A stretch of DNA of 64,000 nucleotides from Bugula neritina (taxonomy: Eukaryota; Animalia; Bryozoa): contig OZ037766.1 in NCBI GenBank assembly GCA_964035545.1, positions 20,138,767 to 20,202,766 on the forward strand. The letters run 5' to 3'. Under the pieces are notes generated by a model, which was given only the letters and a program-made list of their open reading frames with translations, did not search any database and was not told the origin of the DNA. Shown here one piece after another: positions 1 to 31,100 of the stretch. Positions within the stretch are counted from its first letter, which is position 1, and each line of letters begins with the position of its first letter. Both the position numbers and the translations under genes were made by a program.

Positions 1-289
1 TTACTTATCTGCATTCCTTATTTTTCTTTACCGATTATCAGCAAGGGAGAAATTTCCTTAGTTGCTCGCAAAATTAGATTTGATTAAATTGAAACATGGC
101 ACTCGGGTATGTACTTCAGAGAAAGAAAACTCTACGGTTGATACATGTAGATGGTATAAATAAGGTAACGTATATGCGCTAGTATAAATGTAATAAATAT
201 AGATAATTATGACTTAGTTTTATGATACTATGATAAAAAGATGGCCAGGGAATGAAGTAGGAGATGTAGAGATAAATACAAGCACTCAC

Positions 290-9002
<8,713 letters not shown>

Positions 9003-12000
9003 ACTCAATTCTGATAAAAAAGTTATAACAGAACTGAAACTATAGCATAAAACTAGGCTATTACTGTAGTCAAATTCAAATTATTGTCACATCGACCTGC
9101 AAGTTCATGAAAGTTGAATTCAAAATGCGAAATTAGGCTATCATTATCAGTGTGAGTGTCAGATTTTAGCTTTGAATTTTTGAGTGTAAGATCGATTCAG
9201 ATTGAAACCGAATCGTTAAACTGACTAAACGTGACTTGGTCTTGTTACCATTACTTATTACTTGAAAGCATTTCAATTCTAAATATATGATTAACTTTAA
9301 GTACATAAACTCATTAAACTTAGTAATACTAAATCTAATACTAATACTAATAGTAATACTAATACTAATAGTAATACTAATAGTGATAGTATTACTATAG
9401 AGTATATCACTATGATGCTATAGCTATAAGTATAAGTATAAATATATCGATATACTTATAGTTGTACTTATAGGATTTAGTAATACTATTAGTATTACTA
9501 GTAGAACCAAAAATAAATTAAATGTAAATCAAAATGTAAAACTAGAAGTAGATGTAACACTAACAATTGCACTTGCTTGCTTTCAAAGACAAATGTGAAC
9601 AACAATAGTCAAACTCAATATGAATATGAAATTGAATAACATTAACTATAAGGCTTACATATGAGACTGAGTAAGATCGTAGGTCAATAATGAATAATGA
9701 GTAGTCACCACTGTGGTGGGCAATCATTTATTTTGCCTCAACACCAAGCAACAAGGCTGTAAGTGTAAGCTATTTCAACTGGTGATAGATGAATACTTAT
9801 ACTGAGTAAAAATACTAGTATTTATTTCAGCGGGTGGCTTCTGAGTTTGAAGTTTGTTTTTATTGTGTGGTGGGGGTTTCTTGCAACTTATAAAGGTATA
9901 ATGCACGCTAAAACAATGGATTTATAATTGTTGCACTCGCATATCTCGCTTTTAATTAGGTATGGATCGGAGACTAACATCTATGATTGGGCGAATAACC
10001 ATGTGCAAAAGCGTAATTGGTTAATAATCCTCTCAGCTTTTACATCATAAAGATGACAACTTGCAATAGCAATTAATATTATTATTACAAAGTTTATAAT
10101 AGTATTAGTATAATCTATATAATATTATTCTGAGTTGAATTATGTCCATTCAGTTAACAAAAATTATAATTCATAGTTTAAGAAAACAATGCTAATCACA
10201 ACTATTTGGTGAAAATAAGTTATGAAATAAACTAATATTGTTCTAACCATGCAGTGTTGCCATCCACATAATTACTTTTTTACATGGAGGAAAAAATATT
10301 TGTCAAGTATTAATTCTACTTTCAATCAAATTATTATATCAACAAATAATCAAGCAACAACAATAATAATCACTTTGTGGGTAAGGAATGCATAGGCTCT
10401 GCATGTGACATTGAGCAAACAATAAGAAAGACATTATGTCATGACTCTGTGTAGTTCAATTTACTTTGCCTCCGAATACGGATGCTAGCTTCTATCTTTT
10501 ATTCTCTAAACAATAAAATCAACGTGATCAGCTTTATCTTGGTATCATACTCTGTGTAGTCAATATCGTAGTTCTAGTATAAATGCAGTTATTATCAAGT
10601 TTCTGTACCACTTGATATCACTTTCAGGAGTTCCCTTTCTTCGGTAATTTATTTTCTTGTCTTGGATCATCAGGTTAGTCAAATCAGAATTTTCAATTGA
10701 TTCTCATTCTGATGCACAAGTTTTAGTTTGCATAAGAACCTACATGTAACTTAGCATGATGAATTAACCATGTAACTTAGTATGATGCAATAACTGTATG
10801 CATAACTTGTTTTAATGTCTAGTAATATTATGTCCTGGAGTCCGTATGCAAGACTCTATAATTATATAATTATTAACCGCAGCTAATTTCATGCTTGTTT
10901 GTATTTTTAGTCATGACTCATGAGCTTCTTTGAATAGATAAAGATGCTTCTGGAATTTTTGCTGATAAAAATGGCAGAGCAACTTCTGATTTGTTAGCTT
11001 AACTCTCAGAATAAAAGAATTTGCAGTATGAGTATTGCTTTAGTAATCTAGTGGTTATAAGTAATCACTATACTTTGTCTTTTACTTTTCTACTTCAAAT
11101 TGACATTCAGTATATTTTTAAAAGAGGTTCTTCTTTGCCTTGGTTCACAGTTTATTTACTTAAAAACTGCATGGCAACAAAATCTCCTTACATTGATCAT
11201 TAGTTGATGCATTTCAGGCTCGAACTTGGATTTCTTTTAAAAAGAGCTTTTAGCAATAATGAGGTTTCAGTTATTCTTCTAGTCTGTTATACTTTAGTTA
11301 TTTACGAATTACATGTATACTAAAACTTAATATGTACACATCCTTCTGCATAAGTCATTTGCAGAATAATTATATTTACTAAAATAGCCATGACTGGTGT
11401 TTTTAGCAGCCTGGTAATGATGCAGAAAAAGTCCTCCCATCTGAATCCTTAGCTGCTGGGCAGCTCAACATTATGTCTGTGCACACACTATGCTAAGTAG
11501 TGAAGTTAACTACAAAAGTTAGTACCCGTCGGTTTCATCTTCCTTAGCCATCCTTTATATCATTTCACAGTCGGAGATATTTTGTTGAAGGATGATTACA
11601 ACACCGATAGTCTATACTCTACAGTATAATATTACTCATGCAGTTGTAAATATAGATTAAAGCTCAATAAAGCGTTTCCTATGACTAACCTTTTCATAAA
11701 TTTTCTATACAAGTTACTTATTAATTATACTCCCAATACAGAAATCATTTTCTGCTAATTAAAACCAAGCTCCTTGTTATTATTACACTCCTGCTCATAT
11801 AATATGACAACTATATGCTATATTTTAATTCATTTTTCTACTATTCAATAATTCCTTCTTATATTTCAGAAATTTTTCCTTGACATATCCAACTGTCTTC
11901 TTGAGAAACAAACTGAGAAAACATTTCTAAGAGTAGTAAAACTTCAAAGATTAGCTAGTTCTACACTACTCAACTTTCACACACTGTTCACTAATTCATG

Positions 12001-12287
12001 TTGTTTTTTTTATATTCAGATATTTATATTTTGTCAACTCTAATTCATTTTTTATGCAAGGGAATCAGTATAATTTTTGACTCATGTAATACAAAAAACA
12101 AGAAATTATCTCTCTCAGTCTGAAATAACTGCCACTCTCTATACTTTGTGTCATACATAGTGTTTAACGTAACGTCATAATTTTTGAATTGTCATCATTC
12201 ATTGTTACTCACAGTGGTGCCCGAAATATTAGTTAATTACTTTGTCTAATAAAGTAATAAAACCACAATGTTTCTCGTATATTTATT

Positions 12288-12297
12288 CACACACACA

Positions 12298-12341
<44 letters not shown>

Positions 12342-12366
12342 TGCACACACACACATATATATATAT
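12288..12366. repeat. Compound (CA)n/(CACG)n/(TA)n microsatellite
   Basis: Directly visible tandem repeats. Confidence 0.9.
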
Positions 12367-13446
12367 AAACACCACAACATAACACATCATTATAATAACA
12401 TGTTTTACTTTTTATGCAACTTATGTGATGCAAAGTAGGCTGTTCTTAGTTTTTTGTATAAGTCTTATAATTTATCTATAATATAGGCTTGCATACTTCA
12501 CCTTTACACCTATAGATATTGAACAGTGACTGGCTTACCAACAATCTAAAATTTTATATTGTGAAGTATAAATTTTATAAATACTTGCTATAATATATAG
12601 CAAGCTTACCTCAATACTCTCAATACATACTTCCAATCAATTCTGCTTTTTTAATATAGTATGACTTATGAATCACTTGACTTTATTCTAATTCCCATGT
12701 TTTTGAGATGATTGAGACATGTTGTCTAGATTCGTTATATTTATAAACATACCTAGCTGGAAAAATTTATATTTTATGTTGTCTCTGCACTACAGGTGTC
12801 TCATGTCTTGTCCAAAACCGGTGTGGCAATTCCTCACACTATTAGTGGGAATTCTTGTATGTAATCGCCAAAACCTTCTATTCAATATTTGGTCAAATCT
12901 ATTTCTGGCTGTGTTTGTGTATGTGGTGTCTACTTTTAATTACCTGTTTTAATCATTTTCTGTTTGGTTTTTGTGCTTCATAAGTTGGACAGAACAAACT
13001 ATGACGCCCATGCAGTTAGTTGAGATAACAAAGACAAGATGTGCATCAACTCAGTGTCCCCAGTAAGTAAAGCTGCTAATATAATATTATGCACAATTGT
13101 GGTTTTTCAGTGTTAGTAACGTTTTATGCACATGCGCATGCTTGAGACTCACCAGAATTTTGAAATTATTGAAACACATTTTTCCTTTGAATTTGTTAAT
13201 AATCTCAAACTAGCTATTGGTTTAGGATTTATATTCATTTTAAAGTCACTTTACTATGTAAACATATATCAGTTGTTTAACGATAATCAAAGCCTGCCGA
13301 CATTCATGCAATCTATATGTTAGCTTATACAGCAAATCAATATCATGTCATATCAAATTTATGTAGTATACTGTCTAGAATCTATACTGATCTATATTAC
13401 TTTTATAGATTATATGTAATCCTAACTATATGAATATCTTTATAAC

Positions 13447-13652
13447 TCACGGAAGTTTATAGCCACCATTCCTGTGAGAAAACCCTGATGGAAGGTGTTT
13501 TTTGTTAAATCGGACTAAGAATTTATTCAGATGGGGCACAGGAACAATTATTATGACTGGGTGCTCTTCTTAACATCACCAATGGCCTTTGCTTGAACCC
13601 ATGACTTCGTGCATAATAGGCAAACGCTCTAACCTCTAGATCACGACTGCTC
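13447..13652 (-). mobile_element. Degenerate tRNA-derived SINE
   Basis: Minus strand reads GAGCAGTCGTGATCTAGAGGTTAGAGCGTTTGCC...GGGTTCAAGC (A-box- and B-box-like) followed by non-tRNA sequence; 3' boundary approximate. Confidence 0.5.
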
Positions 13653-16600
13653 CTCCTGCTCTTCTTAAAATGAATATCTTTATATAGTTTTCTAAATTAT
13701 ATATTTTTGGCTTATCTATAGGTTGTGGAGAAGAGGACAAGCTCACTAAGGTGGTGAAAATGTTGCATTCAACGTAATTACTGTTGGTTTTATTTAACTG
13801 ATGCTTCTATACTGCAGATGGCTATTTACCCATTTTATTTATTTTTAGTTAACCTATTTTATGTATCCTTTGTTTTGATTATTAAAAGTAGTAGCAATTT
13901 GTGCATCCTAGGTTCAGCTCATTATAAGATATCATTGGAGTAAAAATTTATATGACTTTATTTGCCTTTTTGCTTAGAGGTTGCATATTTTTTGGCAATA
14001 GCAACTTTGGATCTTTATAACAGTTTTTTTATTCAATTTTAGTATTCTATTAGATTCATTCAGCTGCTCTACTGTTCTACTCTAATCTTTCTTTTACTCC
14101 ATCTCCTCATATTATTTTAGAGGTCCGGGTGGTTTCTCAATCCATGGCAAATAAGTGTTCACTAGTCTATCAGCAAATTGTAGTAAAGGTAACCACCAGC
14201 TTTGATATTTTATCATACAATCCTCCTAAAGCCACTATCATCTCTGATCCATGTTCTCTCCTGGGAAAATACCCACCCTCTCCATACCCATTCTCTCTTA
14301 CTGGAACCGATGCTGAGCAGGCAATGCTTTCTTCATACTTGAAATTTATATTTCCTGTTGACATAACTTGACCAAGCTAAACTACTTCTGCAGTGAGCTG
14401 CATTTGGCAAGCTCTCCATCTTATTCTGTGCTTCTTGCACCCACTTAGCATCTAGCAATCATCAACATGATAGATGAAGATTTACCAGGAGCACAACTTG
14501 GACGACTTGGGAGTTACCTACTAATTCTAATGTTTATTTTAATTCAAATTCTATTGGATAATCACAGATATGCAGTAGAAATCATATTATATTTACGTAG
14601 AGTGCAACAATGAATTATAACAATATTATAATTCATTGTTGCACTCTACATAAATATAATATTATATATATAATATCATAATATTAAGATGAAACAAGTT
14701 TGATTATACTTTATTAGGTTTCATCACCTCATAGCTAGAATCCATATTCAGGTAACTTATTGAAGTTATATAATTTTAATTAATTAAATACCATCTAGCT
14801 TAAAATTAAATATAGGATCACTATATTTATATTTAGTGGTGTAATCTCATTTCTGTATTTAATAATGTCTACCACTATAGATGTAGTTTTATAGTTATTT
14901 TAGTAAATTGACTTGATTGTTAAAAATATAACCCAAAGCTGGTTGGTGAATAAAGTTTGTCTGGCAAGTAGCCCAAAGTGATGAAGCAGAAATAAATTCT
15001 TGTGTTCATTTACTTTTCTTTTAAAAAAATTACTGAACCTTTAGATGTTATTCTATTGGAGATAATCATATAGTGTTAACAGTGTTATCCTGTAGTCATG
15101 TCAAAACTCATATATTTTAAAATATAGAGTTAAATCTATGTACACACATAACACTGTGATGCACCTCGGCCATTATTGTCCAGGTTTTCATATCTGTATG
15201 CACACTCTCCCAATAATCAGTAATAGATGGATTGTGCATCGTTGTGTCATTTTAATCTAACTAAGATAACTTTTACCTATCGTTTTCTTAGAAATACTTT
15301 CATGAAACTAAAATGCATTTTTATTCAAGATCATGCATAATTTGAATAATTGTTGTATCAGGATTTTTTAAGTTAGTTGTAGTTATCTCCTTTTACTGTT
15401 GCGTGTATGGGGAGGGGGGGGGGTTTGTGAAAAACTATGTGGTATTTGCATCAACATAGATATATAGTGTAGGTGTGGCCTATGTGAGTGTTGCAGATAT
15501 AAACAGAGTGTTTATGAGAAAGATTGGGAAATTTGGGGAATTGGGGATTGAGGAGTGATTGAAGAGTGATTGAGGATTGTGGACATAGAATGTGCACGAA
15601 CGCAATAAAATGTGTTCAAGTGTGTTATTGAGTGCTAACTCAGGATCTTAGACTGCGGAGCACCACCAGACAAATACCCTAACCCACAGTCCTAACTTTA
15701 CCCCTACAGACTGGAAGGAACTGGAGTTAACTCGCCAGCCAAGCAACCCGTGCCAGTATACTGACCCCTCCAGCTAAACCAAAGGCTACAGCAAATATAT
15801 TATTTTGTGAGTTGGAAATAAACCTAAACTGTGAAAAAGCAATATAACATAAGCGCTTTAGTCAATAGAAGAAAATGTGTGCATGTGTTTGTGCATGTGT
15901 GTGTTTGTTTGTGTAATGCTACCATCTAAGTCAGAAACCATCCCAATTTAAGATCGTTGATTATACTCCGCTGTGTGTTTTTGCTGCTTGGAGGCAGCTA
16001 TAATCTGAAGCGATCTAGTTATCTCAGTGACTCTGGCCATCTACGTTGACTGCTGGCTGATTAGGCTACGACCAATCAGTGTAAAAGTGTGGCACCATGT
16101 TTAGGGTTGGTAAGTGTCTGATCTGCTCACTGCCAGCTATAGGAAATGGCGAAGCCAATGTGATTGCTCAGTAGACCGTGTGGCCACCGACGAATTCTCA
16201 TAACTTTATGTGTGATCTAGATGGGCTGTGCTTGCATTCTAGCAAATTAGTTACACATTAACAAAGATGCTACCTTCTTGTTTTTTATGCTGAAATTCAA
16301 ATGCGAGAAAAATTATTTGGGTAAAGATTAATCTATTCAACATGTTGGCCAACACACTTTCAGTTTTTAAATTTATTAAATTCTTTTAACTATAACTATT
16401 ATTATGTTGAACTGCCTACACTGCAATAATTCTAATTTTGCATGCTAAAATTTCTTTCATTTTGCATGCTTATTTTTTGTTTAGTATACAACTCCAATCT
16501 TTTTTTTACTTCTGCTTATTTTTAGCAATAGAAAATCTGTTTTTTTTATTTTGCTGGCTTTAAAATATATGTAAAGATTTACAATAAATTTCAAATTTTC

Positions 16601-16968
16601 ACAAACATTTTACCATTATTAAACTTTATTTTAACTAATCAATGTCAAAGGCTTGGCATACACTATTCTCAAATTAGTCACCACAGTTTAAGTCTATCCA
16701 ATACAGGAATCTGATATAAGAGGTCCAAAGGATTTGTATATTATGCAAACAGCAATAAAAATGTTTTATCCAATTTTCTGCTTTAAGAAGTACATGAAAG
16801 CAAGGAAGTATTACATAACATAACATTACAGTACACAACATAGCATCATACTACAATAATTTGACAATAAACATTAAATAACAGATTCATAAATATAACT
16901 TCGAATAGAAAGAAAGTCGTAGTGAACAATAAAGATTTAATCCATACAACAATGTACTAGTAGATATT

Positions 16969-25864
<8,896 letters not shown>

Positions 25865-27532
25865 CTATACAACTGCTATCTTGTACAAGAATCATAATAA
25901 ACAAACATCTCACCAGAGTAATCAACATCTACAAAATGTCATGTAACAATAATTAAAACACAAACTAAACTGTGAATAAAATAATCGGCTGCAAACAGAT
26001 TTAAGATATTATTAACAATTTTTGTCATCATTAGCAGCTTATATTATAGTTGCACTGTTGAAGCCCTTTCAACTCTGAGCAGGCGCGTTGCCTATTATTC
26101 TGCATAAAAAATAAAATCTTCAAAAACATGCTTAATAAGAATTTTTCAGACTATATAATTTATAACAATGTGCAAAATGTGCGTATTATATATATATCCA
26201 TTAGCTTATCTTTAGCTGTTACCTAGTAAAGAATAGTATAGTAGTTGTTTAAATGTTATAATGTTCATAAATTAAGAACTGGCTACTTCAACTCCATTTT
26301 TATATCGTAAAAAGTAGTCCTTGAGTGCTGCCATTATTTGAACATTTGAAACACCAATACCAGGAATGTTTTATCTAAAAACTAGTCATTATTTCTTCCA
26401 AGGGTGTCATCTAAAGGTAGTACAAGTGTGACACATTAGCTAATCAAGTTTTATTATTTATCACCTTTTTAAAAATGCTGTTGAAGGACTTTTTAAATTA
26501 ATCAGCAAATGAGTTTTTAGAAACTTAAAATATTTACATAAAAAATAATAGTCTAAAAGCTTTAAAAGCCTTTCAGAGGTATTGAAATAGTTGAGTTAAA
26601 TGCTACTCAAGTTACAGATTGCATATATAAAGACTCTTATCGAATGGTTTTTATAGAAGTTTCAGAAGTTCGAAATATGTCAAAATATTAATGCAGCTGC
26701 ATTTTTATTAAATGGCAATACCAAAATCAATACAAATCAATTGCAGCAAAGCAACTAAGCAAAGATAACAACAAATTGTCTTCAAAGAGCTATATAATGA
26801 AAGTCTAACAAACTTATGTGAATAATAAAGACATGAAACATACAGATCTCTGTGATACTTCTCTTCAATGTTGAACTCCACAAAAAAGTCTTATTGATGA
26901 GCAAGCTGAATTGGAGCATTTATTAGATAGTCACATTAGCTGCATGCATAAAAATTTAAACAACAAAATACACTGTTCGACAATATTGAGCAATCACAGC
27001 TCAGAGCATTTGAATGTTTTGGTAGACAGCTAGCTTAATATATCTTAATACATCCTCCAAATGGTAAGCTGAATGTTGTCAATTCATTTAAAAAAACATA
27101 AAATATATATGTCTATATCAAATTTGGTATTAACTTTTGAAACACTGTCGCTCGGGTGTCAGTTTACCATGAATACATTCACAAAATATTATTTGAAATA
27201 TTATGCTTTGTAAACTATATGATCAACTCAGTTGATAATATATATTATCAACTGAGTTGAATTTTATACCAGTATGCCTTCCCTGTAATCACAAATAGAA
27301 GAACCCTGCTATTTTAGTCTAACATAACTTCTAGCTATCATGGTTTTTAATACACTTGCATGAAAACAAACCACTTCACTATTCAATATTATGCATAAAT
27401 TGGATAGTGCTTCACAAACTATAAAAGTTATGTGTAATTAAGTTACATTCATCAAATAATACCTAAAAAATCTTAAAATATTATCTTCTAGTGAATAATG
27501 GAGAGGAATGCAGTGTTGAAATTACCCAGTGA

Positions 27533-27602
27533 TCCCTGTAGTGTGATGATTCGCATAGGACAGCTTGCAAGCCGGAGGTCTTAAGTTCGAGACACGATGG
27601 GG
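27533..27602 (+). mobile_element. Degenerate tRNA-derived SINE head, same family as 19915-19987
   Basis: Shared 19-mer GCTTGCAAGCCGGAGGTCT and a B-box-like AGTTCGAGAC. Confidence 0.5.
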
Positions 27603-28182
27603 TAAATATTTTATAAGGGACTTCGTTAAATTCAAAATATTTAAAAAGATGAATGCAGCTTTGCATGTTTGTTTTTACAGGCAGCAGAGCAGACAAAAGG
27701 GGAGGTGACCCGGACAGTGTGACATACAGTAGCAAGAAAAAGGAAAGTAGTGGATGGGGCATAAGGGAAAGTCGGCAGACTCTGTAAAACATCTAGGTCC
27801 CTCACTCCAAGTTCTACATAGTAAAATCAAGAGCTATTCAAGATAGAAATCGGTTCTTTACATATAGCAAAACTAATATTTATAAGAATCAAGTTTATCA
27901 GCATAGATGCTGAGATCCAGGATGTTCAAAAACAGAAAATTTGCAATAATAAAAAACATGGCATATGCTCATTGTCATGCCTAACACATTACCAATCTGA
28001 AAGACTAGCCAAATAAACTTTGATGTTTTTACAATTTATTTCCACAATAAGTTTACAACCATATTACACCAAGTGCACGCATATATAATAAAATGCATCA
28101 AATATGTGATATAAATGCTATGAAAGAGCCTCAGCCTCCTGGTTGTGAATACAGGCTGTCATAAAAGATGAATTTGTAACTG

Positions 28183-31100
28183 TTATTGTAGTTTTGATAA
28201 ACTTAGGTCTTCATCCAAGTACTCTTTTTGTCTTTCAAATTCCTTTCCATCCTTCACTACATACTTTTCAGGCCTATAGATAATATATTATTAAGTGAAA
28301 CAATTTAATATATTACATCAATTAAAGTTATAGTTTATTCTGCAATATAAATATTCAAAGAAACAGTTGTTTTGCAACCAAACATCTGCTAGAATTAAAG
28401 TCAGCGCTAGTTTGTTGGTAAAAACTTCATAAGTTTGAAGCTCATACCATTAAAAATCCATCCATACTAATGTTAATATTAGATCAAACTGAACTAAACT
28501 GCAACTTAATATTACATCATCTAAACAACTAACCATTCAAATACTCTGGGGAAACTCTCCCGCTCCTCAATGGGGTAGTCCTCTAAAGCCTTTGGTACTG
28601 GCATAACTTGTCTAATCTGATTAGACACATTTCTTAACATCCCTTCAGGAACATCCTAAACATATAACAACACTCCATCTTTACAACTGCAACTTCTTAT
28701 TACATGCTTGAAAAAAACCCAAATAAATCTGCCATCTTACATTTAAAAAAACAATCAAAAATAAGACTCTATTACAGAATGTACTTTTTGTATCTGGCGA
28801 ATGCAAAAAAATGAAGACATGACACTGTGGCTGCAAGTAGTCATAATGTCCTGTCTTTGAAGGAACTAAATAGTTGCAAATTTTACATCAAATACTCTTA
28901 CATATGAATGTTAAAAAGTATCTGCAAAATATAGCTCTGCTAAGCTAATAACAGCAACAATACTGACCTCCTCTGGGAAGAGGTGCAGTCGGGCCATCAA
29001 ACCTTTACGCAGAAGGTTTCCAGTCAGCGTGGAGTATATCTGCTTCTTCAAAACCTAAAGCATATTTCAGGGAATGACCTTCACCTTCTAGTAAAGCTCA
29101 CAACCATAAGCTTTAAATATTGTATATCAGTTTAAATATTGGAAAAGACAATTAACTCAACTTCTAACTGCAAATACCTTAACTTTTTCACTGTCATTGA
29201 TAATCCATCTTTATAATAATAATAATATAATGGGTTATTGCTAAAAATAAATTACAATAAATTAATTTTAGAAATATAATAGAATACAGTAGCACTACAA
29301 GAGGAAAGAAGTGCTTTAGAGGGGTAGCGAAATTTTCTAGGGTTAGCTAATAATCTAAAAATAATGTATAACAATGAGAATTATTTAAAAACTCATAAAC
29401 ATAGACGTTTGGAGTATTTTGATGTGCTGATTTCATATATGTTAAAAGCCAAAGTAAGCCCTACACAAGTAAAGTATATTAGTGTCATATGAGCAAAGGA
29501 GTTCACTGCACAGGTCACATACAGGTTGTAATTCTAAAAAATAGCATAAAGCTACGAAATAAAGCATAATTTGTCAACAAATGACTTGATTTTATATGCT
29601 GAAACATGACCAGTTATAGGATATAGTTAGATATATTAAAAGCTAGAATTTTCTAAAATGGCCAAAGAGCAAAGGGTCCTATACCACCAACACTAGTGAC
29701 TTCACTTCCACAATAAAAGCAAAGTATTGCAGTAAGAAAGGTTGATAATGACCTAGTTTTAGCAAGCACTAATACTATTGGATAAAACTTTAGTGTGTTG
29801 ACATTAAAACAGGCCATGTCTATATGATCGAAAATGCATTCAATAGAATGCTGTGACATCAGTAAAGTGTTAATTTAAAAGGAAGCTCTTAAAGGAGTTT
29901 TAGCTTTTAGTTAGCCTGTAGTTGACTTTCACATTGCAAGTATAGCGATTAAAATTTAAAAAAAATATCGCTGCAGAGCAAACACTGCTGCTTTCTAAAG
30001 TAACCACTTCTCTTCAAAATTAATTGTAATCTGTCTCCTAAGACTAAACTTGACTTGATCTCTTTCTAACTTATATTCAAACTTCAAGGCTGATCAATAA
30101 GAGGATGCAATCTAACTGGCTGAAGCTAAATATATGTTCTGAGAAACCTATAAGTTGAGGTGAGTTTTTTTAAATTAGACACCTTTTAGGAGACTAACAG
30201 TTCTACAATACTATATGAGTCATTTTACTTAATTTAGTACACACTGGACATCTTCAGTATTTGGCTATTTTTTACAATTTAGCTGGTAATGAACATGGTT
30301 TTTTGGCCAAAACTAGTAAAACACCAATAAATACACCTAAATAAACAAAGTTCTTTTTAATTTTGCTTCATTTCCCATGTTTTTCCCCTAATTATTCAGC
30401 TAGTTTTGGTTACGGACCGTTACGGTTTTTTCGTAACTGTCAGAACATATAGAATATTAAGTGCATATGACAATGACCTGTGCTTTAATGTTGGGGAATC
30501 CCCTCCCAGCCTTTTCTGGTATGCGTAGTTAAAACCAGCACATAAAAATATCATGTATAGTAAATTTCAATTGATTTTGAGCAAACTTTAATGTTAGGTC
30601 ATAAGTTATTGGTGTGTACTAAATGAAGTAAACTGACTCATATGCAAGCACCTTGGTTGGATCTTCACGGTGAACCTGCCAAGCTCTTTGAACTTGAAAT
30701 CCTCCAGCGTATTGGGTATGATGAAAATGTCTCCATGCCCTCCAAAACCTGTCTGGCATAGCTATATGCTTGGTATTTATCACTATCACATGATCACCAC
30801 AGTCCGCTGTTATAATAGAATAACGTAACATTATACAAAAAAAAAACAGTGACACAAACAACACTATTTATTGTCTTACACTTTACAGTTTGAGTAGCAA
30901 AAAAAAATTAGTGTGTAAATAATCAAGAGCTCACAGAGTGGGTGGTATATAGGTTTATGTTTTCCTTCTAAAAAGAGGCAAAGTCTGTTAGCTGACTGAA
31001 AGGGACATTGGTGGTTTGCATCAAATATCCACCAACTCCTAGCAAATGTAGCCCATTGCTGAAAACAAAAGTATATGCCATAAATTAAATTCAAGGAAAT

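Noticed and set aside
14129-14460. Coding-looking segment with overlapping short ORFs
   Set aside because: No recognisable motif or consistent splice pattern; probably an old repeat remnant
15397-15790. LTR-like segment with TG start, AATAAA and ACA end
   Set aside because: No matching TSD and no second copy in the window
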